DNA of 64,000 bases from Candidatus Limiplasma sp. Lineage in GTDB: Bacteria > Bacillota > Clostridia > Christensenellales > Aristaeellaceae. A model generated the notes under the pieces. It did no database searches. It was not told the origin of the DNA and saw only the letters and a list, made by a program, of their open reading frames with translations. The position numbers and the translations under genes were made by a program. Where the stretch lies: positions 14,863 to 78,862 of the forward strand of contig JAZSRK010000017.1 of NCBI GenBank assembly GCA_045538465.1. The letters are read 5' to 3'. Below are positions 1 through 9,362 of the stretch, piece after piece; position 1 is the stretch's first letter, and each line of letters opens with the position of its first letter.

Positions 1-954
1 GCTTATGAGGAAATGTGGGATCCTTTTTTTGCCTTGCTGGAGAAGTATTGGCCGGAGGCAAAGAATTATCCCTTCATCCTCAATACCGAAAGCAAGGTCT
101 ACCAGCGTGAGGGCTGGGATATTCAGTGTTTTGCCATGTATCCCAGCGGTAAACAGGTATCCTACGGCACCAGAATGATCCGGCACCTTGCCAAGGTGAA
201 GACTGAGTTTGTTTTCATTATGCTAGAGGACTTCTTCTTCCGCTCCAGAGTGGATCAGTCCCGCGTGGATTACTACGTAGACGCTATCCGTACCCATAAG
301 GATATTGCTTGTTTCAACTTTTCATGCATGGAGCAGCCCGGCATTGCCAGTGAAGAGTTCGAAGGGTTTCAGGAGCTTCATCCCATCTGTCATTACCGCC
401 TGAACCTGCAAGCAGCCATTTGGCGCAAAAAAGAACTGCGCCGCTATTGGAAGCCCGGAGCCAACCCTTGGCTGTGGGAGACCTACGCCACTCGCAGGAC
501 CGATTGCACCAAGAAAAAGTACTACTTCTATCAGGAAAACAAGAATGTACTCTTTGACTACGGCAGAAAACCTGGCCTCTCTTGGGGCAGCGTTCGAGGC
601 AAGTGGGTCAGGGAGGATGTTGAGCCCCTTTTTGAAAAAGAAGGCATCATCGTCGATTTTGAAAAGCGCGGCTGGTTTGATGAAGTGGCCTTTTGGCCTG
701 AGTTTATCCTGAATATCAAAAACAGGAGCCGCTGGGAAAAACTGAAAATGCGGGTGATGGAGTTCTATCTGGGTGGTTTCCGTTACACGCGTAATCGCCT
801 GATATATAGCCTTTACAGCAAGATGTTCGGTCAAAAGTACGGCTATGAAGAATACATGCGCCGTAAGTACAACCCGCCGGATGGCTACTCCAGCACATAT
901 GAGACCGTCTACGCCCCGGAAGTGGATGTAAGCAAACTGCCGGAACTGAAATAA
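1..954 (+). CDS. hypothetical protein in a glycan-biosynthesis neighbourhood (5' end probably outside window)
   Basis: Frame 1 is open from base 1 (AYEE precedes the first ATG at 13). The ORF ends at TAA 952-954. I do not recognise the family; only context (radical SAM gene 52 nt downstream, sugar-nucleotide genes nearby) suggests a polysaccharide role. Confidence 0.6.
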   Translation, partial: AYEEMWDPFFALLEKYWPEAKNYPFILNTESKVYQREGWDIQCFAMYPSGKQVSYGTRMIRHLAKVKTEFVFIMLEDFFFRSRVDQSRVDYYVDAIRTHKDIACFNFSCMEQPGIASEEFEGFQELHPICHYRLNLQAAIWRKKELRRYWKPGANPWLWETYATRRTDCTKKKYYFYQENKNVLFDYGRKPGLSWGSVRGKWVREDVEPLFEKEGIIVDFEKRGWFDEVAFWPEFILNIKNRSRWEKLKMRVMEFYLGGFRYTRNRLIYSLYSKMFGQKYGYEEYMRRKYNPPDGYSSTYETVYAPEVDVSKLPELK

Positions 955-1006
955 ACCTTTGCGATAGAGACATAGGTTGCTAGCGAAAAAAACAGGAGGT
1001 ACTCCC

Positions 1007-1912
1007 ATGAGCCTGAAGAGCAAACTTCGTAAGATCCTTCCCCAACCTTCTGCCAATACGGCAGAAGCCTTCCACCGTCTGGACGTGGCCCTGCAGATGA
1101 CCCAGAAGCGCAACTGCTTGTTGAAGCTGGATTATCACCTGACGGAGCATTGCAACCTGAATTGCAAGTGCTGCTCCACCTATGCGCCCCTTGCCGAAAA
1201 AGAGTTCACCGATATCGAAGTCTTTAAGGCTGACCTGACCCGCCTGCACGAGTTGATCGGCGACAAGCTCATCTCCCTGCACTTGCTGGGCGGAGAGCCG
1301 CTGCTGCATCCGGATGTAGAGCAGTTCATGGTCGTGGCTCGCAGCATTTTCCCCGAGACCTACATCGACGTGGTCAGCAATGGCTTGCTGGTCAAGAAAA
1401 TGCCCGATTCCTTCTGGAATACCATGAAGGAGAACAACATCGTCATGCAGTACTCCGCTTATCCCGTTAATCTGGACTATTTGGAGCTGATGGAGTACGC
1501 CCGCAGCAAAGGCGTTCGTGCACTGTGCTATTCCGGCGGCAAGAAGCTGGATCATTTCTACCGCAAGGGTCTGGATCCTTTTGGCCAGGGCATCATGTAT
1601 ACCAACCACATGTTCTGCCCCCATGGCGATAATACCCAGATGCGCAAAGGCAAGCTGTACCGCTGTCCCTCTGCTGCGTATGTGCAGAACCTGAATCGTA
1701 AGATGAAGGAAGATGATCCCACCTGCCCGGATGAGACCTTCAAGCTGCACTCCATGGATGCCTTGGATGTCTATAAGGCCACCAGCGAAGACGAAGTGTT
1801 CGAGTTCCTCAGCAACGCAACACCTTTCTGCCGCTATTGTGTGTGCGGTAATATTACCAATGTGCCGTGGGAACAGTCCAAGCGCGATGTTCGTGAGTGG
1901 GTCAACCTGTAA
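1007..1912 (+). CDS. radical SAM protein with extra C-terminal Cys-rich region (SPASM/twitch-like?)
   Basis: ATG 1007 lies 7 nt after AGGAGG (994-999). It has the CxxxCxxC motif in EHCNLNCKCCS and a GGEPLL glycine-rich motif. Further Cys occur in CPHGD, YRCPSA and FCRYCVCG. Confidence 0.8.
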   Translation: MSLKSKLRKILPQPSANTAEAFHRLDVALQMTQKRNCLLKLDYHLTEHCNLNCKCCSTYAPLAEKEFTDIEVFKADLTRLHELIGDKLISLHLLGGEPLLHPDVEQFMVVARSIFPETYIDVVSNGLLVKKMPDSFWNTMKENNIVMQYSAYPVNLDYLELMEYARSKGVRALCYSGGKKLDHFYRKGLDPFGQGIMYTNHMFCPHGDNTQMRKGKLYRCPSAAYVQNLNRKMKEDDPTCPDETFKLHSMDALDVYKATSEDEVFEFLSNATPFCRYCVCGNITNVPWEQSKRDVREWVNL

Positions 1913-1931
1913 AATTGTTCATCGATCGTTT

Positions 1932-1960
1932 CATCCTCCGGTTTATCCGGAGGATTTTTG
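1932..1960 (+). terminator. rho-independent terminator after the radical SAM gene
   Basis: ATCCTCCGG-tttat-CCGGAGGAT hairpin followed by TTTT. Confidence 0.75.
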
Positions 1961-1976
1961 AATGGAGGAGATTTGC

Positions 1977-2498
1977 ATGGAAATATGGGATCTATACGAT
2001 GCACAGCGGCAAAAGACTGGGCGTACCCATGTGCGGGGCGCGCCATTGGCTAAAGGCGATTACCATATGGTAGTTCACTGCTGTCTGTTCAACGCAGAGG
2101 GCGAAATGCTCATCCAGCAGCGGCAGCCTTTTAAGGAAGGCTGGCCTGATCTATGGGATGTAACAGTCGGCGGCAGCGCCGTGGCAGGGGAAACATCTCA
2201 GCAGGCAGTGGCCAGAGAATTGCTGGAGGAAGTAGGCATTTGGCACGAATTCCAGAATGAGCAGCCCCGGTTTACCATTCATTTTCAGGTGGGTTTTGAT
2301 GATTGGTATTTGGTGGAGCGAAACGACATTCAACCGGAAACGCTTCGCTTACAGCCGGAGGAGGTTCAGGCCGTACGCTGGGCAAAGCAAGATGAGATCA
2401 AGCAGATGATCGAAGCGGGAAGCTTTATTCCCTACGAACCATCCCTGATCGATTTTCTGTTTTCCAGACGCAAAAGGGTGGGCAGCTTTCAGCGCTGA
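1977..2498 (+). CDS. NUDIX hydrolase
   Basis: Nudix box GGSAVAGETSQQAVARELLEEVGI (Gx5Ex7REUxEExGU). ATG 1977 follows GGAGGAG; ATG 1962 is an alternative start. Confidence 0.8.
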   Translation: MEIWDLYDAQRQKTGRTHVRGAPLAKGDYHMVVHCCLFNAEGEMLIQQRQPFKEGWPDLWDVTVGGSAVAGETSQQAVARELLEEVGIWHEFQNEQPRFTIHFQVGFDDWYLVERNDIQPETLRLQPEEVQAVRWAKQDEIKQMIEAGSFIPYEPSLIDFLFSRRKRVGSFQR

Positions 2499-2531
2499 TC
2501 ACGGGAAAGCAGCAAAAGTACAAGTGCTGTC

Positions 2532-2560
2532 TTGATAGTTTTTTAGCGCCTTGCTACAAT
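2532..2560 (+). promoter_or_regulatory. sigma-70-type promoter for the EamA transporter gene
   Basis: TTGATA (2532-2537), 17-nt spacer, TACAAT (2555-2560). Confidence 0.6.
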
Positions 2561-2583
2561 GCTTTGAAGGGAGGGGATATCCT

Positions 2584-3498
2584 ATGCAGCAAGGCAAGAA
2601 CGCTGGCAAAGCAAATGCAGCATTTATTCTGTCTATGGTTATTTTTGGCACCATCGGCATCTTCCGCAGATATATTCCATTGCCTTCGGGGCTGATCGCT
2701 TTTTCGCGCGGGCTGATCGGCATGCTTTTTTTGCTGGTTTTTGTGGCTATCAGAGGCATTCGCCTTTCTGGCGAGAACATCCGCAAAAACGGCTGGAAGC
2801 TGTTTGTTTCCGGTGCCTTTATCGGTTTTAACTGGATCCTGTTGTTTGAAGCCTATCGGTACACCTCTGTAGCTGTTGCAACGCTGTGCTACTACATGGC
2901 CCCCATTCTGGTGGTGCTGGCTTCTCCTGTTTTGTTCGGCGAGTCGCTGGGCGGCAAGAAGTTAGTCTGCGTTTTGGTAGCACTGTGCGGCATGGTGCTG
3001 GTCTCCGGCGTTTTGGAAACCGGTTGGAGCGGGGGAGAGAATACCAAGGGTATCTTGCTAGGGCTGGGCGCAGCGGTGCTTTACGCCAGCGTTGTGCTCT
3101 TCAACAAGAAGATCGGCCACATTACCGCTTACGAAAAAACCATCATACAGCTGGGTACTGCGGCAGCGGTCATTTTGCCCTACACGATCTTTAGCGAAAG
3201 CGTCGATCCGATGGCTTGGTCTGTGTTGTCGGTGGTATGCTTGCTCATCGTGGGCATTGTGCATACGGGCATCGCTTATGCGATGTACTTTGGCGCTATC
3301 AGCGAGTTGAAAGCACAAACGGCAGCGCTTTTCAGCTATCTGGATCCCGTGGTTGCCATCTTCTTGTCGGCGCTGCTGCTGGGCGAAAAGCTCACCCCCG
3401 CAGTGGCCGTTGGCGCCGTGCTGATCCTTGGTGCTGCGATCCTATGCGAAGTGGAGTTTGGCAAACGCAAAAAGGCAGCTCTCACGGGTGATGAATGA
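2584..3498 (+). CDS. EamA/DMT-family transporter
   Basis: Polytopic hydrophobic protein with two EamA-like halves. ATG 2584 follows GGGAGGGG. Confidence 0.8.
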   Translation: MQQGKNAGKANAAFILSMVIFGTIGIFRRYIPLPSGLIAFSRGLIGMLFLLVFVAIRGIRLSGENIRKNGWKLFVSGAFIGFNWILLFEAYRYTSVAVATLCYYMAPILVVLASPVLFGESLGGKKLVCVLVALCGMVLVSGVLETGWSGGENTKGILLGLGAAVLYASVVLFNKKIGHITAYEKTIIQLGTAAAVILPYTIFSESVDPMAWSVLSVVCLLIVGIVHTGIAYAMYFGAISELKAQTAALFSYLDPVVAIFLSALLLGEKLTPAVAVGAVLILGAAILCEVEFGKRKKAALTGDE

Positions 3499-3502
3499 AT
3501 AT

Positions 3503-3533
3503 GAAAAAGCGGCCAAGCATAGCCGCTTTTTTC
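3503..3533. terminator. bidirectional terminator between convergent genes
   Basis: AAAAAGCGGC-loop-GCCGCTTTTTT, with A-run and T-run flanks that can serve both strands. Confidence 0.75.
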
Positions 3534-3541
3534 TATGTATT

Positions 3542-4267
3542 TTACTGGCGATTCATTTTGCAGGCTGCTGCCTTAACAAACCCTTCAAAGAGCCGGGCAG
3601 AGGCTGTGTCGGTCAGACGCTCCGGGTGCCATTGTACACCGACAAAAAACGGATGGTCGGCGAGCTCCAAAGCCTCCAACACACCGTCGGGCGCTGCGGC
3701 AGTGGCGCAAAGACCGGGAGCCAGTTGCTTGATCGCTTGATGGTGCATAGAGTTTACCAGCAATTCCTTTTGCGCCACTAATTGAAACAAAAAAGAATTT
3801 GTCTGCACGTTTACTGCATGGGTGGGCATTTCGTAAGGCTTTGGCTGCCTGTGATCGATCAGTACGGAGCGAGCAGGGTACTGTGCGGGCAGATCTTGAT
3901 ACAGTGTACCGCCCAGCGCCACATTCATTATCTGCACACCGCGGCAGATGCCAAGCGTAGGTAATTTGCGTTCCAGTGCCAACGTAATGATGCGCAGCTC
4001 AAATTCGTCCCGCAGGGGAGTCTGCTCGCCTATCTCCGGAATGGGTTCCTCTTCATAGCGGGCAGGAACCACATCGCCGCCGCCTGCAAGCAGCAAGCCA
4101 TCCAATCTGTCAAGGCACTGGGCAGCAGCATCCTCATGCATGCTTGGGTTTAGCAAGACGGGTATACCGCCCGCCTTTTGTACAGCTTCCATATAAGCGC
4201 GTAAAAGAAATACTCGGGTTCCATCGGCATCCAAACTTCCGGAAATACCGATCAACGGCATGGGCAT
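3542..4267 (-). CDS. class I glutamine amidotransferase / gamma-glutamyl-GABA hydrolase family (peptidase C26)
   Basis: GICRGVQ nucleophile-elbow Cys and an HHQA His motif. ATG at 4267 follows GGAGG on the minus strand; the ORF-track start at 4432 is an upstream extension. Confidence 0.8.
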   Translation of the reverse strand: MPMPLIGISGSLDADGTRVFLLRAYMEAVQKAGGIPVLLNPSMHEDAAAQCLDRLDGLLLAGGGDVVPARYEEEPIPEIGEQTPLRDEFELRIITLALERKLPTLGICRGVQIMNVALGGTLYQDLPAQYPARSVLIDHRQPKPYEMPTHAVNVQTNSFLFQLVAQKELLVNSMHHQAIKQLAPGLCATAAAPDGVLEALELADHPFFVGVQWHPERLTDTASARLFEGFVKAAACKMNRQ

Positions 4268-4369
4268 ATAAACACCTCCATGTGGTGATGATGTGTTCAG
4301 TATACGCCTGTTTTTGCCAGAAGGAAACCCATTCGTTTTGGCACGCAGGCAGCTATGCAAGGCGCAGCC

Positions 4370-4398
4370 TTGACTATTGCGGGAAAAGATACTACAAT
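4370..4398 (+). promoter_or_regulatory. sigma-70-type promoter upstream of the SDR epimerase gene
   Basis: TTGACT (4370-4375), 17-nt spacer, TACAAT (4393-4398). Confidence 0.55.
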
Positions 4399-4515
4399 AT
4401 TCCTTGTATATAAGCTGACCAAAGCTTGCCAAACTGCCAAGAACCGTATACAGGCGGCTATATGTCTGCGCTTTGTTATGCGGAATGCATACACTTCAGG
4501 AAATGGAGCGATCTT

Positions 4516-5454
4516 GTGAATATCATCCTTTTGGGTGCGGCCGGGTTTATCGGCACCAATTTGACCCTTGCGCTTGCCAAGGATCCCGGTCATCAGATCA
4601 CTGTTGTGGATCGGGATTTGTCGTATTTTCAGCCGGTCATCCGCAGCAAAGCGCCTCAAGTACGCCTGGTGGTCTCCAGCCTGACCGCCGAAGACGATTA
4701 CGAGACCTTGCTCAAGGGGCAGGATGTGGTATATCATCTCATCAGCACCACGGTACCCACCACCTCCAACCAAGCCATCGCTGAGGAACTGAAGGCGAAT
4801 GTGGTTCTTTCTGCCAATCTTTTGGAAGCATGCGTGCATCAGGGCGTGCAGAAGGTGGTATTTATTTCTTCCGGCGGTACAGTCTATGGCAAAACGCAGG
4901 AATGCCCCATCCCCGAAACAGCGCCTACCGACCCCATTTCTTCCTACGGCGTGCAGAAGATCACCATCGAAAAGCTGCTGTATTTGTACCATTGCATGTA
5001 TGGTCTCGATTACCGGATCATCCGTCTGGCCAATCCCTACGGTCCGTACCAGCGCCCCAACGGCGTGCTGGGCGCCATTACCACCTTTACCTATAAAGCC
5101 CTTTGCGGCGAGGAGATCCAAGTGTATGGCGACGGTTCCGTTATGCGCGACTTTATCTATATCGACGATGCGGTGCGCGGCATCCTTCGCATTGTGGATG
5201 GCAATGCCAAAGAGCGGCTTTTCAATCTTGGCAGCGGCTACGGCACAAGCCTTCGCTGCGTGCTGGATACCATTCAAAAAACGCTGGATATCCCGGTCAA
5301 GGTATCCTACGCTCAAGGCAGAGGCGTGGATGTACCCGTCAATTATTTGGATATTTCTCGTTATGAAGAAGCGTATGAGCCTCTGGAGCCCATTCCATTG
5401 GAGGAAGGCATCCAAAAAACGGCTACCTTTATGAAGGAATATTATCATCTGTAA
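4516..5454 (+). CDS. NAD-dependent epimerase/dehydratase (GalE-like extended SDR)
   Basis: N-terminal Rossmann motif LLGAAGFIGTN and YxxxK (SSYGVQK). GTG 4516 was chosen because the Rossmann motif starts right after it; an upstream ATG start cannot be excluded. Confidence 0.8.
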   Translation: MNIILLGAAGFIGTNLTLALAKDPGHQITVVDRDLSYFQPVIRSKAPQVRLVVSSLTAEDDYETLLKGQDVVYHLISTTVPTTSNQAIAEELKANVVLSANLLEACVHQGVQKVVFISSGGTVYGKTQECPIPETAPTDPISSYGVQKITIEKLLYLYHCMYGLDYRIIRLANPYGPYQRPNGVLGAITTFTYKALCGEEIQVYGDGSVMRDFIYIDDAVRGILRIVDGNAKERLFNLGSGYGTSLRCVLDTIQKTLDIPVKVSYAQGRGVDVPVNYLDISRYEEAYEPLEPIPLEEGIQKTATFMKEYYHL

Positions 5455-5457
5455 AAA

Positions 5458-5494
5458 AGCGGGGGGAAAAACATCCCTCCGCTTTCGTCTGTTT
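5458..5494 (+). terminator. probable terminator after the SDR gene
   Basis: AGCGGGGGGA-aaaaca-TCCCTCCGCT stem followed by a T-rich tail (TTCGTCTGTTT). Confidence 0.6.
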
Positions 5495-5688
5495 AATGCC
5501 TCCAGCGTAAGCAGAGCCAAACAAAAGATCGGATCATTTACCGAACAGAATATATAACAGCTAAGAAAAACACAAATAATGCTATTCATTCGGGCAACGA
5601 AACGCAAGAGAAATGCCGATGTGGCGGCAAAAATACTGCAATGACCTTCGTCGTATTTTCAACAGCGAAGCCACCTTGTAAGAATAAC

Positions 5689-5717
5689 TTGCTACAAAAG
5701 GTATTTTGTTGTATTAT
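5689..5717 (+). promoter_or_regulatory. sigma-70-type promoter for the capF/capG-like pair
   Basis: TTGCTA (5689-5694), 17-nt spacer, TATTAT (5712-5717). Confidence 0.6.
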
Positions 5718-5776
5718 ATCATTGACCAATTTGGTCCATTAGGAATGATTTGATCACCGAAGGAGAATCCTTTCTT

Positions 5777-7021
5777 ATGAAAGTACTGGTCACCGGTGCA
5801 GCAGGCTTTGTGGGAAAAAATCTGGTAGAAAATCTGCGCACTCTTCAGGACGGCAGAAACAAGACCAGACCCTGCCTGTCCATTGAAGCCGTTTATGAAT
5901 ACGATCAAAATAACACCTTGGAAGAATTGGAACAGTTCTGCAAGGATTGCGACTTTGTGTTTCACCTTGCCGGTGTAAACCGCCCGCAGGATCCCGAAGA
6001 GTATCAACAGGGAAACTTCGGTTTTGCATCTACGATTCTGAGCATATTACAGAAACATGGGAACAAAGCACCCATTATGCTCAGCAGCAGCATTCAGGCC
6101 ACGCTGGCCGGGCGTTTCGGCACATCGCCCTACGGGCTGTCCAAAAAGGCGGGGGAAGAACTGTTTTTCCAGTACGCCGCCGATACCGGCGCCACGGTGT
6201 ATGTGTATCGCTTCCCCAATCTGGTGGGTAAGTGGGTACGCCCCAATTACAACTCCGCCGTGGGCACCTTCTGCCACAACATCGCCAATGATCTGCCCAT
6301 TACAGTAAACGATCCTGCTGTAGAGCTGGAAATGCTGTTTATCGACGATCTGATCGAAGAGATGTACGATGCCATGGAGGGCAGACCTCACCGCTGCGAT
6401 TACCCAGAAGCAGGTACTGCGGTAAACGGGGTCACCTACGATGGGCTCACCCCCTGCTGGGCAGCAAACGGAAGATACTGCGCTGCACCCGTTACCCACA
6501 AAGCAACGCTGGGTCGTATCGTGGAGCTGCTCCACACCTTCCGCGACCAGCCCAAGAGCTTGGTGATGCCCGCCATCCCCAACGGTTCCTTCGAAAAGAA
6601 ACTGTATAGCATGTATCTATCCTACCTGCCCAAGGAAAAAGTCGCTTTTGATTTGAAAATGAACTGCGACGACCGCGGCAGCTTTACCGAACTTTTAAAA
6701 ACAGCCGATCATGGTCAGTTTTCCGTCAATATTTCCAAGCCTGGCATCACCAAGGGGCAGCACTGGCATAACAGCAAGTGGGAGTTCTTTATGGTAGTTT
6801 CCGGGCAGGGGCTCATCCAGCAGCGTCGCATCGGCTCCGATGATGTGCTCAACTTCCGTGTTAGTGGCGAGCGCATTCAGGCTGTTCATATGCTGCCGGG
6901 ATACACTCATAACATCATCAATCTCAGCGAGACGGAAAACTTGGTGACCGTTATGTGGGCAAATGAAAACTTCGCTCCCGCCCACCCAGATACTTTCTTT
7001 GAGCCTGTAGAAAATGCGTGA
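5777..7021 (+). CDS. capF: CapF/FnlB-type bifunctional SDR-cupin enzyme (UDP-L-FucNAc pathway reductase/epimerase)
   Basis: The blocks HLAGVNRP, SSSIQAT, PNYNSAVGTFCH, LYSMYLSYLP, DDRGSFTE, VNISKPGITKGQHWH, YTHNIINL and VTVMWANE..P..PDT match my recollection of S. aureus CapF. It has an N-terminal Rossmann fold and a C-terminal cupin. Confidence 0.85.
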   Translation: MKVLVTGAAGFVGKNLVENLRTLQDGRNKTRPCLSIEAVYEYDQNNTLEELEQFCKDCDFVFHLAGVNRPQDPEEYQQGNFGFASTILSILQKHGNKAPIMLSSSIQATLAGRFGTSPYGLSKKAGEELFFQYAADTGATVYVYRFPNLVGKWVRPNYNSAVGTFCHNIANDLPITVNDPAVELEMLFIDDLIEEMYDAMEGRPHRCDYPEAGTAVNGVTYDGLTPCWAANGRYCAAPVTHKATLGRIVELLHTFRDQPKSLVMPAIPNGSFEKKLYSMYLSYLPKEKVAFDLKMNCDDRGSFTELLKTADHGQFSVNISKPGITKGQHWHNSKWEFFMVVSGQGLIQQRRIGSDDVLNFRVSGERIQAVHMLPGYTHNIINLSETENLVTVMWANENFAPAHPDTFFEPVENA

Positions 7022-7033
7022 GGTGACACTCTC

Positions 7034-8200
7034 ATGGCTTCTTTCCAGAACAATGGTAAGCTAAAACTGCTCATTATTGTCGGCACCAGACCGGAAATTA
7101 TCCGTCTGGCAGCGGTCATCAAGAAGTGCAGAAAATACTTCGACACCATTCTTGCCCATACCGGTCAGAACTACGATTATAATCTTAACGGCGTGTTTTT
7201 TCACGACTTGGAACTGGCTGACCCGGATGTATATCTCAATGCGGTGGGCGATAACCTTGGGCAGACCATGGGCAATATCATTGCCAAGTCTTACGAGCTG
7301 ATGGTGGAGCTTCAGCCCGATGCGGTGCTGGTGTTGGGCGATACCAACTCCTGCCTGTCTGTGATCGGCGCCAAGCGCCTGCATATTCCCATTTTTCATA
7401 TGGAAGCAGGCAACCGCTGCAAAGACGAATGCCTGCCGGAGGAGACCAATCGGCGCATTGTGGATATTATTTCCGATGTTAATCTGGCTTATTCGGAGCA
7501 CGCCCGCCGCTATCTGGCCGATTGCGGTCTGCCTAAGGAGCGCACCTATGTGACTGGTTCGCCCATGGCAGAGGTATTGCATATGAACCTTGCCAAGATC
7601 GAAGCATCCGACATCCACAGCCGTCTTGGTCTGGAAAAGGGAAAGTATATACTGCTCTCCGCCCATCGTGAAGAAAACATCGATACGGAAAGCAACTTCC
7701 TCAGCCTGTTCACGGCTATCAACCGCATGGCAGAGAAGTATGATATGCCCATTCTCTATTCCTGCCACCCCAGAAGCCGCAAGCGGCTGGAGGCGACTGG
7801 TTTCCAACTGGATGCCCGGGTGATCCAGCATGAACCGCTGGGTTTCCACGATTATAACTGCTTGCAGATGAATGCCTTCTGCGTAGTGTCGGATAGCGGC
7901 ACTTTGCCGGAGGAAAGCAGCTTTTTTACCTCCGTGGGACATCCTTTCCCGGGTGTGTGCATCCGCACCTCTACCGAGCGCCCAGAAGCGCTGGATAAAG
8001 CTTGCTTTATTCTTTCCGGCATCGATACCAAGGGGCTTTTGCAGGCGGTGGATACGGCAGTGGAAATGGTACGAAACGAAAAGGATGGGGGAGCCCTTCC
8101 CGTACCGGACTATGTGGATGAAAACGTATCCGATAAAGTGGTCAAGATCATCCAGAGCTATGTTGGCGTAGTGAACAAGATGGTCTGGAGAAAGTACTGA
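7034..8200 (+). CDS. capG: non-hydrolysing UDP-N-acetylglucosamine 2-epimerase, CapG/FnlC type
   Basis: IVGTRPEIIRLA and HTGQNYDYNLN motifs. It lies 12 nt after capF, as in cap5/fnl loci. Confidence 0.85.
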   Translation: MASFQNNGKLKLLIIVGTRPEIIRLAAVIKKCRKYFDTILAHTGQNYDYNLNGVFFHDLELADPDVYLNAVGDNLGQTMGNIIAKSYELMVELQPDAVLVLGDTNSCLSVIGAKRLHIPIFHMEAGNRCKDECLPEETNRRIVDIISDVNLAYSEHARRYLADCGLPKERTYVTGSPMAEVLHMNLAKIEASDIHSRLGLEKGKYILLSAHREENIDTESNFLSLFTAINRMAEKYDMPILYSCHPRSRKRLEATGFQLDARVIQHEPLGFHDYNCLQMNAFCVVSDSGTLPEESSFFTSVGHPFPGVCIRTSTERPEALDKACFILSGIDTKGLLQAVDTAVEMVRNEKDGGALPVPDYVDENVSDKVVKIIQSYVGVVNKMVWRKY

Positions 8201-8269
8201 TCGATCAGCTTTGATTCGCCTCATGGCGATTCGAATAGGTAAATGGCACCTCTGGCGCAGGAGGCATGG

Positions 8270-8450
8270 CGGAGGTGCTATAGCGCCAGGCCCTTCGGGG
8301 TGACGAGGTTGACAGTTTATCGAAAAACTCGGCGGATGCTGTCACGGCGTGCAGTAGGGAAATCCTGCGTACCAAGCTTCTTTATGGCTTGGCAGGCAAA
8401 CAGACCCGTACTGTATGGTGCGTCGTCAGAGAGAAAGCAAAAAGCGGAAT
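8270..8450 (+). ncRNA. glmS ribozyme (GlcN6P-dependent self-cleaving riboswitch)
   Basis: 8282-8346 reads A/GCGCCAGG-CCCUUCGGGG-U-GACGAGG-UUGACAG-UUUAUCGAA-AAAC-UCGGCGGAUGC-UGUCAC. These are the conserved core blocks in canonical order. UUGACAG/CUGUCA pair, and a P3/P4-like segment (ACCAAGC..GCUUGG) follows. Predicted cleavage is between A8282 and G8283. The 3' boundary is approximate. Confidence 0.85.
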
Positions 8451-8570
8451 CAACACCGTAACAGAGATTCTCTCACCACCGGAATGGTTTATTTCGGGGT
8501 ATACAGGGAAACCTTTTCCCTGGCAGATCCCCAAGAAAAACAAAAATAGATAGTAAGGAGAATAACGCAG

Positions 8571-9362
8571 ATGAGAGTAGTTATTCAGGACAATTACGAA
8601 AAAATGTGCCTTTGGGCAGCCGGTTACATTGCAAACAAGATCAAGAACCATAAGGAAGACCGTCCCTTCATTCTGGGTCTGCCCACCGGTTCTTCTCCCA
8701 TTGGCGTGTACAAGGAACTGGCCCGCATGAATCAGGCTGGCGAACTTTCCTTTGCCAACGTGGTCACCTTCAACATGGATGAATATCTGGGCCTGCCCCA
8801 CGAGCATGACCAGAGCTATTGGTACTTCATGCACGAGAATTTCTTTGATCATCTGGTGGATATGAAGCCCGAGAACATCAACATTCTCAACGGCATGACC
8901 GACGATCCCGAAGGCGAGTGCGCCCGCTACGAAGAGAAGATCGCTTCCTATGGCGGCATCGACCTGTTTATGGGCGGCATCGGCGTGGATGGCCACATTG
9001 CTTTCAACGAGCCCTTCACCAGCCTCACCTCCCGCACCGGCGTGCGCAACCTGACCTCCGATACCCGCATCGTCAATTCCCGCTTCTTTGGCAACGATCC
9101 CGAGAAGGTGCCCTCTCAGGCCCTGTCCGTGGGTGTTGGCACGGTGACCGATTCCAAGGAAGTGCTCATTCTCATTAACGGCCACAACAAGGCTCGTGCA
9201 CTGGCTGCCACTGTGGAAGGCGCTGTCAGCTCCAAGTGGACCTGCTCCGCTCTGCAGAACCACAACGGCGCTATCATCGCTTGCGACGAAGCTGCCTGCG
9301 GCGAGTTGCTGGTGGATACCTACAAGTATTTCTTGGATATTGAGAGAGGGGAACGACTGTAA
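8571..9362 (+). CDS. nagB: glucosamine-6-phosphate deaminase/isomerase (E. coli-type NagB)
   Basis: Similar along its length to my recollection of E. coli NagB: LGLPTGSSP, VVTFNMDEY, FMGGIGVDGHIAFNEP, VGVGT. AAGGAG RBS. Confidence 0.9.
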   Translation: MRVVIQDNYEKMCLWAAGYIANKIKNHKEDRPFILGLPTGSSPIGVYKELARMNQAGELSFANVVTFNMDEYLGLPHEHDQSYWYFMHENFFDHLVDMKPENINILNGMTDDPEGECARYEEKIASYGGIDLFMGGIGVDGHIAFNEPFTSLTSRTGVRNLTSDTRIVNSRFFGNDPEKVPSQALSVGVGTVTDSKEVLILINGHNKARALAATVEGAVSSKWTCSALQNHNGAIIACDEAACGELLVDTYKYFLDIERGERL

